Shown here piece after piece: positions 55,564-64,000 of a stretch of DNA of 64,000 nucleotides. Source of the stretch: Acidimicrobiia bacterium (GTDB lineage: Bacteria; Actinomycetota; Acidimicrobiia; Spongiisociales; ZC4RG35). The notes under the pieces are model-generated. The model ran no database searches. It was not told the origin of the DNA and saw only the letters and a list, made by a program, of their open reading frames with translations. The position numbers and the translations under genes are program-made. How positions within the stretch are numbered: the stretch's first letter is position 1; each line of letters starts with the position of its first letter. The DNA lies in NCBI GenBank assembly GCA_015488325.1, contig WFOA01000010.1:15945-79944 (forward strand), given 5' to 3'.

Positions 55564-55836
55564 ATGGAAGCCATCAGCAGCGAAATCGTCGACGCGTTCA
55601 TCCGGATCGCCGTCGCCGGCGGCATCGGAGGCCTCTTCGGAGGGTTCATCGGAGGTCGGGGGAAGAACCTGATCGGCTCGATCCTGTTGGGAATCATCGG
55701 CGGGATCTCGGCTTCGGCGATCCTCCGGATCGCCGGGGTGCCCGCCATCATGAACGCCGGCGAAGGATTCGGACTGGTCTACGGCTTCGTCGGTGGTTTC
55801 ATCCTGGCGTTCGTCGTGGGAGCCTCCAATCGCTGA
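55564..55836 (+). CDS. GlsB/YeaQ/YmgE-family small membrane protein (transglycosylase-associated family)
   Basis: 90 aa, Gly-zipper rich (AGGIGGLFGGFIGGRGKNLIGSILLGIIGGI). Confidence 0.55.
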   Translation: MEAISSEIVDAFIRIAVAGGIGGLFGGFIGGRGKNLIGSILLGIIGGISASAILRIAGVPAIMNAGEGFGLVYGFVGGFILAFVVGASNR

Positions 55837-55900
55837 CCTGCCCCGCTCCGGAGTCACCAAGCTCGACATCGCCCGGGACTGGCTGCCCCGGTACACGGGT

Positions 55901-56623
55901 ATGCCGGTCGAGGATTTCGGCGACTACATCCTGCTGACGAACTTCGGCTACTACGTGGAGCGGTTCGCCGAGCGTTTCGACTGCCCGATCACCGGCACCG
56001 ACCGCCCCATGCAGGCGGCCACCAACGACGACGGCCTCACCATCGTCAACTTCGGGATCGGCACCGCCAACGCCGCCACGATCATGGACCTGCTCACCGC
56101 CCGCCGGCCCGCCGGGGTCCTGTTCCTCGGCAAATGCGGCGGGCTCAAGCATTCGACCGAGATCGGGCATTTCATCCTCCCGATCGCCGCCATCCGGGGA
56201 GAGGGCACCTCCAACGACTACTTCCCGCCCGAAGTCCCCGCCCTCCCCTCCTTCAAGCTCCACAAGTTCGTCTCCGACCGCATCGTCGCCCGGGGCCTCG
56301 AATACCGCACCGGCGTGGTCTACACGACCAACCGCCGGGTGTGGGAACACGATCAGGAGTTCCTGGCCCGGCTCCGCCGGCTCACCGCGATCGGCATCGA
56401 CATGGAGACCGCCACCCTGTTCATCGTCGGGCACGCCAACCGGATCAGCCGCGGGGCGCTGCTGTTGGTCTCCGACGTGCCCTTTCATCCCCAGGGGATC
56501 AAGACCGAGGAGAGTGACGCGCGGGTCACCGCCCAATGGTCGGACACCCACCTCGACATCGGTATCGAGGCGATGAGCCAGATCGCCCGGGAAGGCGAGC
56601 CGATCAAACACTTCACCTTCTGA
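55901..56623 (+). CDS. Nucleoside phosphorylase family-1 protein (AMP-nucleosidase-like catalytic domain)
   Basis: ...VLFLGKCGGLKHSTEIGHFILP...IGIDMETATLFIVGHANRISRGALLLVSD... Start uncertain (ATG 55901; the track start at 55793 overlaps the previous gene). Confidence 0.55.
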   Translation: MPVEDFGDYILLTNFGYYVERFAERFDCPITGTDRPMQAATNDDGLTIVNFGIGTANAATIMDLLTARRPAGVLFLGKCGGLKHSTEIGHFILPIAAIRGEGTSNDYFPPEVPALPSFKLHKFVSDRIVARGLEYRTGVVYTTNRRVWEHDQEFLARLRRLTAIGIDMETATLFIVGHANRISRGALLLVSDVPFHPQGIKTEESDARVTAQWSDTHLDIGIEAMSQIAREGEPIKHFTF

Positions 56624-56645
56624 GCGGCCCGGTAGAGTCCCCGGG

Positions 56646-56903
56646 GTGTTCGGGTTCCTGTTCTCGCTGGTCGTCGCCGCCTTCGCCGGGTGGCTGGGAG
56701 CCCGTCTGGCGGGCCGTGACGAACCCCTCGGGTGCCTGTCGTCCATCGTGTTGGGGTTCATCGGATCCCTCTTCGGGTCGTGGCTGGCCCGCACCCTCGA
56801 CCTGCCCCTCCTCTGGACGGTCCGGGGCTTCCCGGTGATCTGGGCGGTGGTGGGCGCGGCCCTGTTCGTCGCCCTGCTCAACCTCGTCGGCGGGCGACGC
56901 TGA
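56646..56903 (+). CDS. GlsB/YeaQ/YmgE-family small membrane protein (paralog)
   Basis: 85 aa, two hydrophobic helices with GxxxG repeats; GTG start. Confidence 0.5.
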   Translation: MFGFLFSLVVAAFAGWLGARLAGRDEPLGCLSSIVLGFIGSLFGSWLARTLDLPLLWTVRGFPVIWAVVGAALFVALLNLVGGRR

Positions 56904-56927
56904 ACCCGAAGGCGGTCGGTTCCGACC

Positions 56928-58340
56928 TCAGCCGACGGCGCCGGCCTCCGCCATGTTCAGCTCGATGAGCCGGTTCATCTCGACCGCGTACTCCATCGGG
57001 AGCTCCTTCACGATCGGTTCGATGAACCCGGCCACGATCATCGAGGTCGCCTGGTCTTCGGTGAGGCCGCGACTCATCAGGTAGAAGAGCTGCTCCTCCC
57101 CGACCTTCGAGACGGTCGCCTCGTGGCCGATCTCGGCGTCGTTCTCTTCGATCTCCATGTAGGGGTAGGTGTCCGACCGGCTCTTCTCGTCGAGGATCAG
57201 GGCGTCGCAGCGGACGAAGCTGCGCGAATCCTCGGCGTCCGGCTCGACCCGGACCAGACCCCGGTACCCGGCCCGACCTCCGTCCTTCGAGATCGACTTG
57301 GAGACGATCGTCGACGTGGTGTGGGGGGCGGCATGCACCATCTTCGCCCCGGTGTCCTGGTGTTGGCCTTTCCCGGCGAAGGCGATCGACAGCACTTCGC
57401 CGTGGGCCCCGGGCTCCATGAGCCACACGGCCGGGTATTTCATCGTCAGGCGGGAACCGAGGTTGCCGTCGACCCACTCCATGGTGGCGTCGGCGTAGGC
57501 CATCGCCCGTTTCGTCACGAGGTTGAACACGTTCGACGACCAGTTCTGGATGGTCGAGTAGCGGCAGCGTCCGCCCCGCTTGACGACGATCTCGACGACG
57601 GCGGCGTGGAGAGAGTCGGTCGAGTAGATCGGAGCCGAACACCCTTCGACGTAGTGCACGTAGGCGCCCTCGTCCACGATGATGAGGGTCCGTTCGAACT
57701 GACCCATGTTCTCCGAGTTGATCCGGAAGTAGGCCTGGAGGGGCTGTTCGACGTGGACCCCGGGGGGCACGTAGATGAAGGACCCTCCCGACCAGACCGC
57801 CGAGTTGAGGGCGGCGAACTTGTTGTCGTTGGGCGGGATCACCGTCCCGAAGTACTGGCGAACCAGCTCTTCGTACTCCCGCAGGGCGGTGTCCATGTCG
57901 GTGAACAGCACCCCTTGGGCTTCGAGCTCCTCCCGGTTGCGGTGGTACACCACCTCGGATTCGTATTGGGCGGTCACCCCGGCCAGATATTTCCGTTCCG
58001 CCTCCGGGATCCCGAGCTTCTCGTAGGTCTCTTTGATCTCCTCGGGCACCATGTCCCAGGACTTGGCCTGACCCTCGGTGGGTTTGATGTAGTAGTAGAT
58101 GTCGTCGAAGTCGATGGTGTCGAGGAGCCCACCGCCGCCCCAGGTGGGCATCGGCTTGCGAAGGAAACGCTGATAGGCGCGCAGACGGAAGTCGAGCATC
58201 CAGGCGGGCTCGCCCTTCATGTCCGACATCTGGCGGATGATGTCCTCGGACAGCCCCTTCTGGGGCTTGAAGACGTACTCCTCCTCGGAGTCCTTCCAGC
58301 CCAGCTTGTAGGCACCCAGGTCGATGTCAACGGTTGCCAT
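56928..58340 (-). CDS. sufB: Fe-S cluster assembly protein SufB
   Basis: Highly conserved SufB sequence (…[50 protein letters not shown]...). ATG with GAGGAG 7 nt upstream. Confidence 0.9.
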   Translation of the reverse strand: MATVDIDLGAYKLGWKDSEEEYVFKPQKGLSEDIIRQMSDMKGEPAWMLDFRLRAYQRFLRKPMPTWGGGGLLDTIDFDDIYYYIKPTEGQAKSWDMVPEEIKETYEKLGIPEAERKYLAGVTAQYESEVVYHRNREELEAQGVLFTDMDTALREYEELVRQYFGTVIPPNDNKFAALNSAVWSGGSFIYVPPGVHVEQPLQAYFRINSENMGQFERTLIIVDEGAYVHYVEGCSAPIYSTDSLHAAVVEIVVKRGGRCRYSTIQNWSSNVFNLVTKRAMAYADATMEWVDGNLGSRLTMKYPAVWLMEPGAHGEVLSIAFAGKGQHQDTGAKMVHAAPHTTSTIVSKSISKDGGRAGYRGLVRVEPDAEDSRSFVRCDALILDEKSRSDTYPYMEIEENDAEIGHEATVSKVGEEQLFYLMSRGLTEDQATSMIVAGFIEPIVKELPMEYAVEMNRLIELNMAEAGAVG

Positions 58341-58411
58341 GCGGCGTCTCCTCGAGGGTCTCGACGAAGCGAATTTCTACTACGCAGATAGTGTATAGGA
58401 CTCGGGCGGGT
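58341..58411 (-). promoter_or_regulatory. Relatively AT-rich gltB-sufB intergenic region, likely sufB promoter/regulatory region
   Basis: gaatttctactacgcagatagtgtataggactcg stands out against the about 70% GC background; no specific operator identified. Confidence 0.3.
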
Positions 58412-62830
<4,419 letters not shown>

Positions 62831-62913
62831 GGGTGGGCACTCCCCGGTCGGCGGAACGGCGATCTTACCTGGTGACGACGGTGCCCAAACCCGCCGGGTA
62901 CCCTGAACAGCCC

Positions 62914-63357
62914 ATGCCCGTCATCGTCGTCGGAGCCGACACCCCCGCCGGGGAGGCCGTCATCGGCGCCCTCCTCGCCCCCGGACGTGAGGTCCGGGCG
63001 TTCGTATCCGACCCCGGCGCGGCCCTCCGACTGAAGAAGGCCGGGGTGAAGGTGGCCCTCGGCGACGTCTCCGACGCCTCCCACCTCGCCGGTGCCGCCC
63101 TCAACTGTTTCAGCGTCGTGTTCATCGAGGCCGCCGCCACCGACGGCCGGGACCGGGCCTTCGCCGCGGACCGGGCCGCCGTGTTCGAAGCCTGGGCGGA
63201 GGCCGCATCCGACGCTTCGGTGCGGAGGGTGATCTGGGTTTCCAGCGTCGAACCCCCCGCAGGTGCCGCCCCCGAGTCGGCTCGGGTGGATCCGGGTCTC
63301 GCCCTCGACGAGCTGGCACGGCGGGTCGCCGAGCTCGACGACGCCGTCGAGCTCTGA
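62914..63357 (+). CDS. Small NAD(P)-binding Rossmann-like protein (NmrA/SDR-like, possibly truncated)
   Basis: MPVIVVGADTPAGEAVIGALLAPGREVRAFV; Ala-rich; only 147 aa; weak support. Confidence 0.4.
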   Translation: MPVIVVGADTPAGEAVIGALLAPGREVRAFVSDPGAALRLKKAGVKVALGDVSDASHLAGAALNCFSVVFIEAAATDGRDRAFAADRAAVFEAWAEAASDASVRRVIWVSSVEPPAGAAPESARVDPGLALDELARRVAELDDAVEL

Positions 63358-63389
63358 ACCGGGCGACCGGACCCCGCCGAGGGTTGACC

Positions 63390-63995
63390 TCAGTCGAGGG
63401 GGATCGTCGCCAGCCAGGCGAGCCGGGCGGCGAGGGCGGCCCGCTCGTAGGCCGGGGCGAGATAGGGGTAGGGGTCCACCGCCTCGCCCCGGTAGCGAAG
63501 CTCGAAGTGGGTGTGCGGAGACGAATCCTCGGTGTTCCCCGAATCCCCGACGTAGGCGATCACGTCGCCTGCCCGGACGAAGGCGCCCACTTCGATCCCC
63601 GGGGCGTATGTGTATCGGTAGTCGGCGGCCCCGTCGTCGGTGCCGGGGGTGTCGTTGTTGAGGTGCAGATACCAGGTCTCCCACCCGCCGGCGTGGGTGA
63701 CGACCAGATACCTCCCGGCGTTCCCCGACGTCCGGATCCTCGTCACCACGCCGTCGGCGGCCGCGTAGACCGGTGTCATCTTCGGGGCGAACAGGTCGTT
63801 GCCTTGGTGACGATGGTTGTGCCGGGGGTCACCGAAGGTGGACCGGAAACGGGTCACCGCCTGATCTTGGGGGAAGACGAGGACCAGCTCCGGGATCTCC
63901 ACCCCGGTGTCGGGCACCGCCGTGCCGGCGACGGCCGGTGTCGCCGGCAGGATCCCGGCCAGGGCGAGGACGATGACGATGATGCGGCGCGGCAC
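63390..63995 (-). CDS. M23-family (LytM-type) metallopeptidase, secreted
   Basis: Signal peptide MPRRIIVIVLALAGILPATPAVAG; HxxxD (HQGNDL) and HxH (HTHFE) zinc motifs. Confidence 0.8.
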   Translation of the reverse strand: MPRRIIVIVLALAGILPATPAVAGTAVPDTGVEIPELVLVFPQDQAVTRFRSTFGDPRHNHRHQGNDLFAPKMTPVYAAADGVVTRIRTSGNAGRYLVVTHAGGWETWYLHLNNDTPGTDDGAADYRYTYAPGIEVGAFVRAGDVIAYVGDSGNTEDSSPHTHFELRYRGEAVDPYPYLAPAYERAALAARLAWLATIPLD

Positions 63996-64000
63996 GACCA

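Overview
This is a high-GC (about 70%) bacterial chromosomal window with actinobacterial-type gene content and one feature (cell wall binding repeat 2 (CWB2) domains) better known from Firmicutes. Coding density is high on both strands; the GC bias produces many long spurious shadow ORFs in the six-frame track (for example the 1600-aa ORF at 9438..14240), which I rejected. Positions 1 to about 33.7 kb hold a large cell-surface glycan locus. It contains a membrane glycosyltransferase paired with an FAD oxidoreductase, a surface protein with PD40 beta-propeller repeats and three C-terminal CWB2 repeats, and a sulfotransferase. It also contains a fused ABC exporter, three GT2 and four GT4 glycosyltransferases, a Wzx flippase, rmlA/rmlC and an SDR gene for a dTDP-6-deoxyhexose, a polysaccharide deacetylase, and a Wzc-like co-polymerase carrying a degenerate P-loop and an unassigned ~340-aa C-terminal domain. 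The locus continues with a CapD/WbpM-type dehydratase, a GNAT acetyltransferase, a Wzy-like membrane protein, a WecA-like initiating transferase and two fusion enzymes (GT4-GNAT and nucleotidyltransferase-GT4). The remainder carries an alpha/beta hydrolase, a small uncharacterized three-gene operon (membrane anchor, double zinc ribbon, 67-aa protein), two acyl-CoA dehydrogenases with a divergent TetR regulator and a palindromic operator, an MBL hydrolase, an LLM/F420 oxidoreductase and a YbaK-like deacylase. It also holds a fragmented SUF Fe-S system (lipoprotein-sufC-sufS-sufU on the plus strand; sufD-Rieske-sufC and a separate sufB on the minus strand, with no sufR seen). Further genes are an OmpR/histidine-kinase pair flanked by two paralogous PepSY-like secreted proteins with CCTTGAC direct repeats in their promoter, fumC, a family-4 UDG, a GH-like secreted protein, a group-2 sigma factor, two YeaQ/YmgE-type small membrane proteins, gltB and an M23 peptidase. 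I found no rRNA, tRNA, CRISPR array or transposase. Coordinates from my own reading may be off by 1 nt in places.
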